From Octopus sinensis (taxonomy: Eukaryota): a stretch of 64,000 nucleotides of DNA. The notes beneath the pieces were generated by a model. That model did not search any database. It saw only the letters and a list, made by a program, of their open reading frames with translations, and was not told the DNA's origin. The stretch spans positions 141,732,001 through 141,796,000 of the forward strand of contig NC_043000.1 in assembly GCF_006345805.1 (NCBI RefSeq), read 5' to 3'. Shown piece by piece: positions 53,147 through 64,000 of the stretch (within the stretch, counting starts at the first letter, position 1; every line of letters starts with the position of its first letter). Both the position numbers and the translations under genes were made by a program.

Positions 53147-55560
53147 TTACATAGCAGCCTACTATACTACCTGTTTATATGTAAACTGTGGCTATTAGCG
53201 TATGTCTACCTTCTACGCATATTTCCTATTTAGTACCGGGTATGTTTCATTTATTAGGACGTACTCCTGTGTTTGTCTGAGTGTTGGGTCCTTCGAGTGC
53301 TTGGATTAAATGCGAATTTCATGTTGAGCCAGTGTGCCTCCATGTTGATAGAGTATAGAGGACTGTTTTTTGTCGTCATATTTTCTCAAATGTTCATTCA
53401 ATTTCTCCGCAATTCTTCTGGATGTCATATATGATGTTCTTGTCTTTCATGTTCTTGTCTTTACGAGCACACTCTATGCACCTTATCTTGTAGATTACAA
53501 TACTAGTTCTACAGTTAATGCCAGGCTTAATCTTACATGCCATGCGGTTGTCATTGGTGCATGTGGTATCCTGAAAGGGGTACGTCTTAAAGAGTTGTGA
53601 TTTGATGGAGCTCCCTGACTTTTTAGCGATCTTCTTCAGAGCTTTACATCGGGCTAGTTCTACATGGGCTGTGGCGTCTACAAATGCCACTCCTTGATAT
53701 TTCTCGGTCTTGTACTACGAGTTCACCCTCTTTGCCTTGTCACAAACTCCTTGTATCCTATTCCAGTCTTTATTTCTATATCTAGGACAGGCATCATTGG
53801 CTTCATTACATATAATACTATCTAATTTCTTTCTAGTTCTCCTGTATACCCGAACCCTATCTTTCTTGTCATATCCAGAGAAATGCATGCGGTACATGAA
53901 GTTCTGTACGTGTTTCTTTGTTTCATAGGGTTTGCATAGTGGGGGCACGTTGTTCAGTATCCTAAGTCTGCTATCAGTATGTTGATTTTTATGCTGTGTG
54001 AACAACATAGTTAGAAGATATAAATTTCATGTAATGAGAGTGGAGGAGTTGCACTTTGTTTTTCACAGTCTGTAACTGTTCAGTATTAAGGACAAAGAAT
54101 ACATTTTTAGGGTGTCTAGTGGGGTAATCTACAGTTGCCTAGATACTTTGGTGGATGGAGTTACCCACGAGCAGGATGCACTCCGTTATACACCTCTCGG
54201 TTTCTACATTACAGTTACTATTTTTTTCTAATTGAATATTAATGTCATCAACATACCTACAGTAAAGCAAAACAGTCGTGGATTGTTCCGTTATACGTTT
54301 ACATAGCAGCCTACAATACTACCTGTGTATATGTAAACTGTGGCTATTGGGGTATGTCTACCTTCTACGCATATTTCCTATTTAGTACCGGTATGTTTCA
54401 TTTATTAGGACGTACGCCTGTGTTTGTCTGAGTGTTGGGCCCTTCGAGTGCTTGGATTAAATGCGAATTTCATGTTGAGCCAGTGTGCCTCCATGTTGGT
54501 AGAGTATAGAGGACTGTTTTTTGTCGTCATATTTTCTCAAATGTTCATTCAATTTCTCCGCAATTCTTCTGTATATCATATATGATGTTCTTATCTTTCA
54601 TGTTCTTGTCTTTACGAGCACACTCTAAGCACCTTATCTTGTAGATTACATTACTAGTTCTACAGTTTAAGTTTTCTGTCCCACCAGGTCATGAAGAGGC
54701 CAGTCACGTCTCTATCCACACGGACATCAATGGCTGCACCTTGAACTTGCATGTATAATTTCCTGTTAAACTTGACTATGTGGTTCTTATGCTAGCCCCT
54801 ATTGCAAGTGTAATCATTCTTTACACTTGACTGTTCTCATGTTCCTGGGTGGGTATGGTCTAGCCACTCCAGCGCTCTGTGATGCTTTTCTTCACTGCCG
54901 AAGTGATGGTGCCTGGTCTCCCTCTCTGTAATCTAGTGAGGCAGAATCTACTAAGATCATGGTTGTCTAGGTAGTTACAGTCGTAGCTGAGTTTAAAGAG
55001 GAGGCACAGTTCCCTCGTGTTAACTTCACAGAATTCTCCTTTACTCTCACAGATAATCTGAATGCATTTTCCCACAATAAACTCTGTGTCTAAAGATAGG
55101 TAGAGTGAAAGACATTCATACTACCCACTACACAACCTGTGAGGTTTTTCGTATGGTTACAACTACAAATTCTGCTGAAGAGATCCTCCCTGCTCACTCA
55201 CATCAGGGTCATTTCGATGAGTGGTCGTAACACTTGTGAGAGAAAGTAGGATAGCGTATAGTTACTGTAGATATTCGCTCCGCAACCTGGCCAGGTTGGT
55301 GGTCCCATACCAAGGCTTACGTAGGGTTTATGGTCCTTAAGCAACCAGTATAGCGTAGGAACATCGTTGTTGAATGCTTGGAAATTTTGCGCAGTCTGTT
55401 TCTTGGGTTGAAGTATGCTGCACCACACCCCCCTGTGTGCATCGAGTAGTTTTTCCACACTCTTTCATGCTCCCGTAGCGCAACACCTCTCATGCTACTG
55501 ATGTGTTGTTACGTTGTCTAGACATAGTTCTGTGGGCTGTCTATTGACAGTCTGACAGAT
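53147..55560 (-). mobile_element. Penelope-like element (Neptune-like) with RT and GIY-YIG, decayed, internal duplication
   Basis: PTLYWLLKDHK..PPT; KFNRKLYMQVQGAAI..FMTWWD; LYCRYVDDINI; RMHFSGY; VIYKIRCIEC..TSRRIAEKLNEHL. Confidence 0.75.
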
Positions 55561-55617
55561 TTGTCCGTAGTGTGCCACACTAATTCCCTGTTCCTAACTC
55601 GCTGATGTGTATATATG

Positions 55618-55999
55618 GAAGCACTCCGTCGGTTACGACGATGAGGGTTCCGGTTGATCCGAATCAACGGAACAGCCTGCTCGTGAAATTAACGTGTAAG
55701 TGGCTCAGCACTCCACAGACACGTGCACCCTTAACGTAGTTCTCGGGGATATTCAGCATGACACAGAGAGTGACATGGCCGGTCCCTTGAAATACAGGTA
55801 CAACAGAAACAGGAAGTAAGAGTGAGAGAAATTGGTGGTGAAAGAGTACAGCAGGGATCACCACCATCCCCTGCCGGAGCCTCATGGAGCTTTTAGGTGT
55901 TTTCGCTCAATAAACACTCACAACGCCCGGTCTGGGAATCGAAACCGCGATCCTATGACAGCGAGTCCGCTGCCCTAACCACTGGGCCATTGCGCCTCC
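55618..55999 (-). mobile_element. SINE family C (head type 2), full-length
   Basis: Head as in 25335-25485; 3' body shared with 52087-52260 and 23013-23190. Confidence 0.88.
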
Positions 56000-57161
56000 G
56001 ATGTGTATATACAAGTATGAATGTACATATGTGTATATACAAGTATGAATGTACACACACACACACACACACACACGCATGCACATACTGGTATCCCCCG
56101 CATTAGGCCTACCTCAGGTTACGGGATTTTGCCTGTTAATTTCGGGCTACAGTCTGTAATTTCACACTTATGGTAAATCGTATTGTATAGTTTACACGTT
56201 AAATTACATTTACTTATTTTAATGGACACATGTGTTTATTTAAGATCACACTATATTGACACCGATTGTAAATCTCTGACATCGCCTTACACATATTCAT
56301 GCACACACATTATATAATTTCGCATTTCGGAATTTCGCGTTACAGTCAGGGTTATTGGAACACATTACTTCCGTAAAGCGAGGGATTTTGTCATCCACGT
56401 TTACTCACTTGTTATAGTCAGAATCAACAAATACATATATTCTAATGAAGCTGGTTTTGTGTTTGAATGTAGCGGCGGAATGTGAAAAAGAAGTTAAGGA
56501 GAGAGTGTACAGTATATATAGAAAAGCCAAGTATATATAAAAGACATATTCTAAAAATAAATTTAATCAAGCCGTCCGTGCAAAAGATCATCTTTGTGAA
56601 ATTGGTTCATAAATTGGAAAATTACTTATCGAAAACATGCAATTGTAATTTCAGAAATTTTTTCTATTCATTTCAAAGCAACCGTATATAGCAATGAATT
56701 ATATAAGCAACTGTCTAGTGGCTTATTGAGCGTGGTTTGTTCCTCCATTAATTATCTTATTGTATAAATGTGTATATACGAGATAACTTTCCACTAAGAG
56801 CCAATTTACCAAGCAATGATCTTGGCGGATTGCAAAAGCTAAGCGGTGTCATTTTTCAATCAGTTTTCGAGGCTGCTTTGTTCCGGACTGGCAGTTAAAT
56901 ATCGAAGGAGTTCTCCCTGTGGCAGGAGCAGAGCCAATTATTTCTCATTTTGTACAATGGACGACTGATTATACTTGACATTGTTTAACACATTGAATAA
57001 AAGATTGGCATCGTTCCCTGTCCCCCGAGTAGAGAATTTCATTCGGATATTTGATCGTTAAGTAGTTTTGTATGACTTAGGTACTTGTATTGATACGTCT
57101 TTTAATTTTACTTTTCATTTTATTTTGTCTTTCCTTTTATATATTCATGTCACGAATACAG

Positions 57162-57281
57162 AGAAAAGTCTTGGAAAACATATTGTTTTGCAAATTATTC
57201 TATTTTTGAACTTTCTACTTATACATTCTTCTGAAGCACGAACCTTATATCTAAAATTCATATATGTCTCTTCAGCAGTAG
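57162..57281 (+). CDS. Candidate 120-nt phase-1 exon encoding a hydrophobic, signal-peptide-like segment
   Basis: Long pyrimidine tract plus ATACAG acceptor, TAG|GTAGGT donor; (E)KSLGKHIVLQIILFLNFLLIHSSEARTLYLKFIYVSSAV(G). Confidence 0.35.
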
Positions 57282-59743
57282 GTAGGTGTGAAGTCAGACA
57301 ACATCCGATGAGCCTTTTTTTCTTCTTTGTTTTCCACGCACTGCGCACATCAGTTTATATGCATATGCAAATACTGAACCACACAAATGCACATATACAC
57401 GCTCACACATTAAAGCGTATACAAATATATATTTCACTTTCATATGCTCAGTCACTTGCTTAAAATGCCGACTCTAGCACTTTTACACTCACTCAATCAT
57501 TTGACTTTCACTATTTGCATTGGTTTCTGATATGAATATCGATTCAGTTTGAAACGAAAATTGAATGAGAAAGTTATCGATATATTTGTACCGTTTTATA
57601 TATTTTATTTTAATTTTACCAAAATATTTCACTTTCGTTTGTCTCAAGGTGGAATACGATTTCTTTAATGTGGACTCTTTCTGCACTTCTAATATACAAT
57701 ATATCAAGTTTGATGAATTACCATAATACTGCTATTAAAGTTTCCTCGTAAGTAATAACGGAGTAAATTGAGCAAGATGTGCTGTACTTTAATAGACAGT
57801 AAAACAGCTTATATTTCTATGCAGGCAATACATGGGCAAATTGTTACTGACATTTCCATAATGTGTGATGAATAATATACTACTTTCAGTGATGTATAAA
57901 TTTTGAAAGGCTGATTAGAATTCAAAGTAATTTCAACAAATGCCTTTGCTTTTAATCCATGCTAAATACGTCGAATCTGTTAAGTTTAGAGTTGTTGTGT
58001 TAGTTGTTTACTGAGAACCAAATATATGTAAATACATATACTATACAAGTAATTTTATCTATTTGACAGTAAAACTATCTATTACACTAACATCTAGCTA
58101 ATGATGTACATTAGTGATACCTATTGAAATATGATATATCTATTTTACTTCACCTGATTTTTGAATCACACCCATAGACTCTATCTGTATTATAGATACT
58201 CGTAATATCTCGTATTGCCTAATAATTACAGCAAGACGCACATCCCTCTGAACATGCTATCAGTTCCTTGTTTCCCAGAGAAAATATGGATGAAATTATT
58301 CTATGCCATTAATCCAATTAGACTTACACAGCATTTCTGTTCACCAATCTCGAAATACCTGTAACTGCTTTGGAAAATTATCGTTGTCCAACGAAAACGT
58401 CATTTGCAATATATAGGAGTTTGCATTGATACAATTTCAACTAGAATTACATGCAAGCTCCATCAAGTAATTATATAACCACAGAATATTCGCAAAATTT
58501 AGAAAAGATTCTACATAAAATCGCTTCATGCAAACTATGGTATCGTTACATTTATGTCTTACGCGATGATAAATAACCAAGAATGGTTAATGTTATTATG
58601 TTAAATTATAGAAGCAATCCAGCACTTGCGTCCAACCCGAGAAAGAACAATTTCGAAAATGTATGAAACAGTGATTATAATCTGCAATGCTATCCATATG
58701 GAGAGATTGAAAGTAAAAATATCCATTCGAAGAGAACACATGTTTCGTAGCTTGCCGTTATAATTGTCATCGCTTTAGGTTCGACAGATAGATAAGATGT
58801 TTATTAATTTATTGCAATTGTTCATGTGGAAAAAAACATATATATGCCAGCTTTCATGTGAATAAGATATATTTAATTCATTCTGATTTGAAGGAAATGT
58901 ATCATTGAAGCTTAAGAGAAAGAAGATATTACGCTTATATATATATACACATTTAATATGTGTACAGCAACCACGATAAGCTGCACGATCTAAAAAATAG
59001 CCACATATAGAGAATAAAGACATAATACATTCAAAATACAGTACAAAAATAAAGGAACACAGATCAGTTTGCTCGTATAAATTCGTATATATCAGTGTTA
59101 TACAGTGAAAATGGTTACTGTGCTAGATAGTAAAAGTGGTTGTAGTAACCGAGACGAAAATAATTTCACTGCCCCACTCTCCTTTATTATAAAGATTCGC
59201 TGCAGTCTAATGTGTTGATTCTATTACTGAATCTTAATGAGTATAGGCGATAGTCGAATAGGCTCTTAAATGTGTGCTCTTTAATCCAGTGTAGTTATTC
59301 TGAATATTACTCATTTGTGTTATAGCGACAAATTTAGTGGGTAGTTCTAAATTGACATTCACTTAGAGATTGTCCCTACTGAGAAAATGTCTGGTTGCAG
59401 TTTTCGTTGCATACACCAATACTCAAGCATATCAAAAAGCCTTTCTCAAAGCTTTGCAATATGGTAGTGACACATGTCCGTCACTGAGAGTAATTACACT
59501 CATATCCTGAACAATACAAAATTGCTTCTGCTTTATGACGACATCCACTAGTTAAAAAGAAAGGTTTCCTCGGAATTCGATGTCTTTTACTTAGTCACCC
59601 ACGATATTAACAAGCGTTAAAGAAGACCGTATACCTGAATTGTATAGATCTGATGTTTAACCATGTAGCGCAACAGGAATAGTCAAAACATGACTATGAT
59701 AACATTATAATAAATATTAAGGTAGCATTATAATAATATATTA

Positions 59744-59972
59744 AGGCGGCGAGCTGGCAGAAACGTTAGCACCCGGGCGAAATTCTTAGCGGTATTTCGT
59801 TTGCCGTTACATTCTGAGTTCCAATTCCGCTGAGGTCGACTTCGACTTCGCCTTTCATCCTTTCTAGGTCGATAATTAAGTACCAGTTACGCACTGGGGT
59901 CGATATAATCGATTTAATTCCTTTGTCTGTCTTTGTCCCCCCTATGTTTAGCCCGTTGTGGGTAATAAAGAA
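59744..59972 (+). mobile_element. SINE family A, full-length
   Basis: Family consensus motifs. Confidence 0.88.
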
Positions 59973-60384
59973 ACATTATAATATATACAATAAGCATATC
60001 TAAGGAACAACTCTTGCTAATCAGGGTTAATATTAACCTGAAAATGAAAATTATAATAGGATGCATCGGATTCATGGATCAAAATATAAATTTCTGCTAT
60101 CAAACACCTAACTGCACACTAGCGCTATCCGTACAAATGTGAGCAAGACAAACAAAGTTGCTACTTAAGACAGATATGAAACCACATAATAATTCCCGTG
60201 TAATGTATAATGCAACGTTGTTGAATATTTGCTTTGAATATTTTGACGCTTTGACACTGCCGTGCCGTAGGGAGGGGATACATTAAACTATCCATTCGTT
60301 TTTGCTTACGATATGTATGTGTGCGCATATATATATGTGTGTGAGCGCGGACGCTTATATATGTGCGTGTGTGTATGTGTGTGT

Positions 60385-60692
60385 ATTCTTTTGATCTTTT
60401 ACTTGTTTGAGACTTTAGATTGCGGCTATGCTGGAGCACTCCTTGAAAAGATTTTAATTGAAAGAATTGACCGCCAGTACTTGTTATTTCAAGGCTGGAA
60501 CATACTTTATCGGCCTCTTTCGCCAATCCATTAAGTCACGCGGTGGTCGGGACAAACACAGAAAGGAAAACACAAGCACACTCACACACACACACACACA
60601 CGCACGCACGCACGCACATACACACACGCACGTACGCACACACACGCACGCACACACACACACACGCACGCACGCACACACACGCACGCACG

Positions 60693-60726
<34 letters not shown>

Positions 60727-60762
60727 AGATGGGTTTCTTTCAGTTTCCCTCAACCAAATTCC
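60385..60762 (-). mobile_element. SINE family B-related with an expanded (CA/CGCA)n tract, head truncated
   Basis: TGCGGCTATGCTGGAGCAC..GGGACAAACACAG..TTCTTTCAGTTTCC. Confidence 0.7.
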
Positions 60763-61700
60763 TCCAATTCTACTCGAGGATAGAGTTCAATGTCGTTTCC
60801 TTCTGCTCTAATGCTGTATTCGCATCCAATAAGTCCTCTTCTCCTCTTCTTCTTAGTACATACAGTCTGTCTATGTCACTTTTTGGGTGGAGTAACCCAT
60901 ATCTAGTTAGCAACTTCCTTGTCTTCCTGTCTAAGCTGATTAGTTCATCTACTGTCTATGCGATTACCCCTACTTCATACCTAAGGGGTGAAAACGCTCA
61001 GGTGTTGATAGCTTCAATCTTACTCTGTCCGTTTAATTTCGACTTAGGGATCAGTCTCACTCTGCGCAAGTACTCCACCTTAAATTTTTCTGTGATTTAT
61101 TTTCTCAATCAATTTATCCATTTCCAAAATCCCCAAGTACTTATAGCTCGTCTCTTCAATCTGCTTCATAACCTCCTCCGACGATATCGATAGCCTGTCC
61201 ATACATTTGATTTTGCCTTTCTTCAATATTAACACACGACATTTTCTCAGTCCGTACTCCATTCTGATATCAGCACTGAAAGTATACACCGTATCAACTT
61301 GGGAACTGACTTGGGCTTAATCTTTACCATAAAGATTGAGATCATCCGTGAATAACAAATGGTTCACTTTTTTTTTTACTTTCCCCAGAATCAGTGTTAG
61401 TGGTATCAAGCACAGTACAAATATTCAGTGGGGTCGGGCAGTCCCCTTGGAAGATGCCCCACCCCCTGATTTCTACTGTCCCTAATCTTCTTCCGTATGC
61501 TATCAGGTTCGTCCTCCAATTCGCCAGACTATTTCCAAGCAATCACTCAACATTCGATGTAATACCAAATAGGTTCATACATTCCATAATCCAAGAATGT
61601 GGGATCATATCGTATGCCTTACAATAGTCGATCCATGATATGGCTAAGTTACTTTTCTCCCCTTGCAGTTTCTAAGTACAGTTTTGTCTATCAGGAGTTG
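60763..61700 (-). mobile_element. Dong/R4-clade LINE RT fragment, decayed
   Basis: WIDYCKAYDMIPHSWI, GIFQGDCPTPL, YKYLGILE, LHPKSDIDRLY. Confidence 0.8.
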
Positions 61701-61714
61701 AACCTTGGTACTTC

Positions 61715-61897
61715 AGCATTATTATAATCATTATTATTATTATTATATTATTATCATTATTATTATTATTATTATATTATTATTATTATTAATTATTATT
61801 ATTATATTATATTATTATTATATTATTATCATTATTATTATTATTATTATTATCATTATTATTATATTACTATTATTATTATTATTATTATTATTAC

Positions 61898-61951
<54 letters not shown>

Positions 61952-61972
61952 CATTATTATCATTATTATATT
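61715..61972. repeat. (TTA)n tract, about 260 bp, at the 5' junction of the minus-strand Dong fragment
   Basis: Visible repeat. Confidence 0.95.
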
Positions 61973-61999
61973 GCAGTAAGCTTTGACGGGGGCAATCGT

Positions 62000-62350
62000 C
62001 TATAATAAATGGTGGTATAATGTAAAAAGGGGTAACAAATTAGAATCAGTTTGATATAGCAAAGTTTTAGCTGTAGAAAGAAATATATTCGAGGGATATT
62101 TAGTGAGAAAGCGAGACGAGGCGCTTAGGAAAGGTAATGCAACTGACGTACTTGCAGCGAGGTTGATCCTCGATAAATACTTCAACGACAAGCATGAAGG
62201 TTGCATTGTCAGACCTAAGGCACGTACTCTGAGACAAGAGGGAACCAATGCTGCAGAATGGACCCGGGTGGCCGAGGCGCAAAGTGGAAACAAAATCCCT
62301 TCGTTTCTTGGTCGACCAAAATGGGCGGCTACAATTAACTTTTCTGTCTC
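62000..62350 (+). mobile_element. Tx1-type LINE ORF2 linker fragment
   Basis: LRKGNATDVLAAR..KHEGCIVRPKARTLRQEG..EW.RVAEAQSGN. Confidence 0.5.
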
Positions 62351-62419
62351 GTTTCATGTCCCCTCCGTCAACCAAAACCTGCAATTTTACCTCCGGCAAT
62401 TATGGTTTGTTACGTGAAT

Positions 62420-62960
62420 CGTCTATGTAGTTGCATTCCTTTCCTACTGTTTGCCTTGTTGTTCTTCCGCTTCTCTTTGAATTTTCCTACTTTTGGAGTA
62501 CCTCTGATCACTGATAATATTCTTTCATTACTCTGTACAACATAAGTCTTCAGAATCAGTATAGCAATATTAACAATGCTTCTGTATTTGGTTATTCTCT
62601 ACCACCTTCCTTTCTTCTTAGTTAGAGTCGATCGGTATCATTTTTAGGGTGGAGTGCGTTGTGCATTGTGATCATCTTTCTAGCTATTCTATACAAGTTC
62701 TGTAATTTGACGTTTGTCCATTTCAGAAACTGAGCAGAACACCTCAATACGGGCATAGCACATGTATATACGACGTTAGTGATGTTACCGCCTTCTTAAA
62801 TCTCCCCTTGTATTCTTTTGTGATTTTCATTCCTATTATTCCTTCCATGTCCGTATCCTGTTGCAAATGTGTGTATTTAGGTGTGTTCCTTTTGGTAAGC
62901 GCAGGATGTATAATATGTTTTGTCGCTTTTAGTTTTAATGGTTTTAATCCTTTGGTTTGT
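62420..62960 (-). mobile_element. Older Dong/R4-like LINE fragment
   Basis: KITKEYKGRFKK..KWT..RKMITMHNALHPKNDTDRL..RRKEGGR. Confidence 0.65.
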
Positions 62961-63243
62961 AATTTAACATTCAAAGCTACAAAGCCTAGTATTTAAAATC
63001 CTAGCTCTTGGACGTGTCATTCGTTTTGTAACGGAATCTTTCAGGCGTTCATACGTAAACATAAATAGGTGGTATGTTTTAGCTGGTCAGTTTCTTAACT
63101 TCTTGCTGGTAGTACTGAGGGTTCTTCCTGCTGTCATTTGGAAGATGAGGGCTATTAGTCTGGCATGTGAGTACGTATGTTGGTATGTGTGTGTGTTTGT
63201 GTGTGTGTATGTGTGATTGTGTGTGTGTGTGAGAAATGGAGGA

Positions 63244-63304
<61 letters not shown>

Positions 63305-63709
63305 GATTGCACGAGTGAGTACAACTAAGTTTGCATATGCGTGTAGAATGTACCTGTGTACATAAGCATGCCATACGGTTATTAAATCGACATCAAGTCT
63401 AAAGATGTGAACCACACCCCCAGTAAATCCATAACCATGTCGTCAAGCTTGACAGACGTGTCCAAAGGACTCCGCACGCAATAGAGTAACTTTAATTTGA
63501 AAGACATTTAAACTTACCTCATTATTCTTTCCATTCTACATTTTTAATCAGCCACTTCCTGCCTCACGAGATCTGAATACGCAACGCAGTTATTCTGCTC
63601 CACGAATGCATTTTAGGAATCGACTACTACAGACACATCAATACTGACAACATCATCCAGCTGCACGTATGAGCGAAGTGCAAATTTTATTATTTAGAAG
63701 CCTCTTATG

Positions 63710-63826
63710 TCACCTGATGAGGTTTCTTTGGCATTGTTGGGTTGGGTTGGGGTGCATTCGATTTTATTTTATCGTTCCCCTCTCAATTGGGAGCAGGGAA
63801 AAAGTATGCCGAAACGATCGTTGTGA
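63710..63826 (+). ncRNA. Type I hammerhead-like motif with a 90-nt stem II insertion
   Basis: UCAC-CUGAUGA-GGU[..]GCC-GAAAC GAUC GUU-GUGA; loop III palindrome ACGAUCGU; AATAAA follows. Confidence 0.55.
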
Positions 63827-63869
63827 GAAATAAAGATTCCAGTACACTCTATATTCCGTATCAATTATT

Positions 63870-64000
63870 TAGAATATATATGTATATATAGTGTGTGTTT
63901 GTGTACGTGTATGTGTGTGCATTTGCATGTATATATATAAATGTATATAAATATATATATGTATATATGTGTGTGTATATATATGTAGATATATAGATAT
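63870..64000. repeat. (TA)/(TG) microsatellite
   Basis: Visible repeat. Confidence 0.9.

Noticed and set aside
55925-55999. tRNA gene calls for SINE heads (also 24940-25005, 33211-33286, 52330-52402)
   Set aside because: Acceptor and anticodon arms are not properly paired, and the heads run into repeat bodies.
59367-59489. 123-nt open phase-0 exon candidate
   Set aside because: Weak splice signals; an open frame of this length is expected occasionally by chance.

Overview
AT-rich eukaryotic DNA, almost certainly a cephalopod (Octopus-like) intron or intergenic region. That assignment is inferred from the recurrent tRNA-derived SINE families and the extreme microsatellite load. No complete host gene is visible, and most ORFs in the supplied track are microsatellite artefacts (YIYI, VCVC, poly-L/N/K). 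The window is a mosaic of three multi-copy SINE families (called A, B and C here; about 28 copies or fragments), Dong/R4-type LINEs sitting in (TAA)n tracts (one young copy with only two lesions), Tx1, CR1 and RTE LINE fragments, Tc1 and mariner relics, a Helitron-like end, and six Penelope-like (GIY-YIG) fragments. The most notable signal is a set of minimal type I hammerhead ribozyme motifs, several next to Penelope-like 3' ends and nearly all with a self-complementary loop III. They include a fully canonical copy (22005-22089, -) inserted in a SINE microsatellite; a pair with a compensatory U3-A8 core inside a 223-bp inverted repeat flanking a GIY-YIG fragment (23411-24226); a copy with a 90-nt stem II (63710-63826); and a decayed copy coupled to a tRNA-like Pol III module at a Penelope 3' end (33065-33330). 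Two isolated candidate exons on the + strand (18035-18088, 57162-57281) hint at a host gene. All calls were made by eye; no database search or folding program was run.
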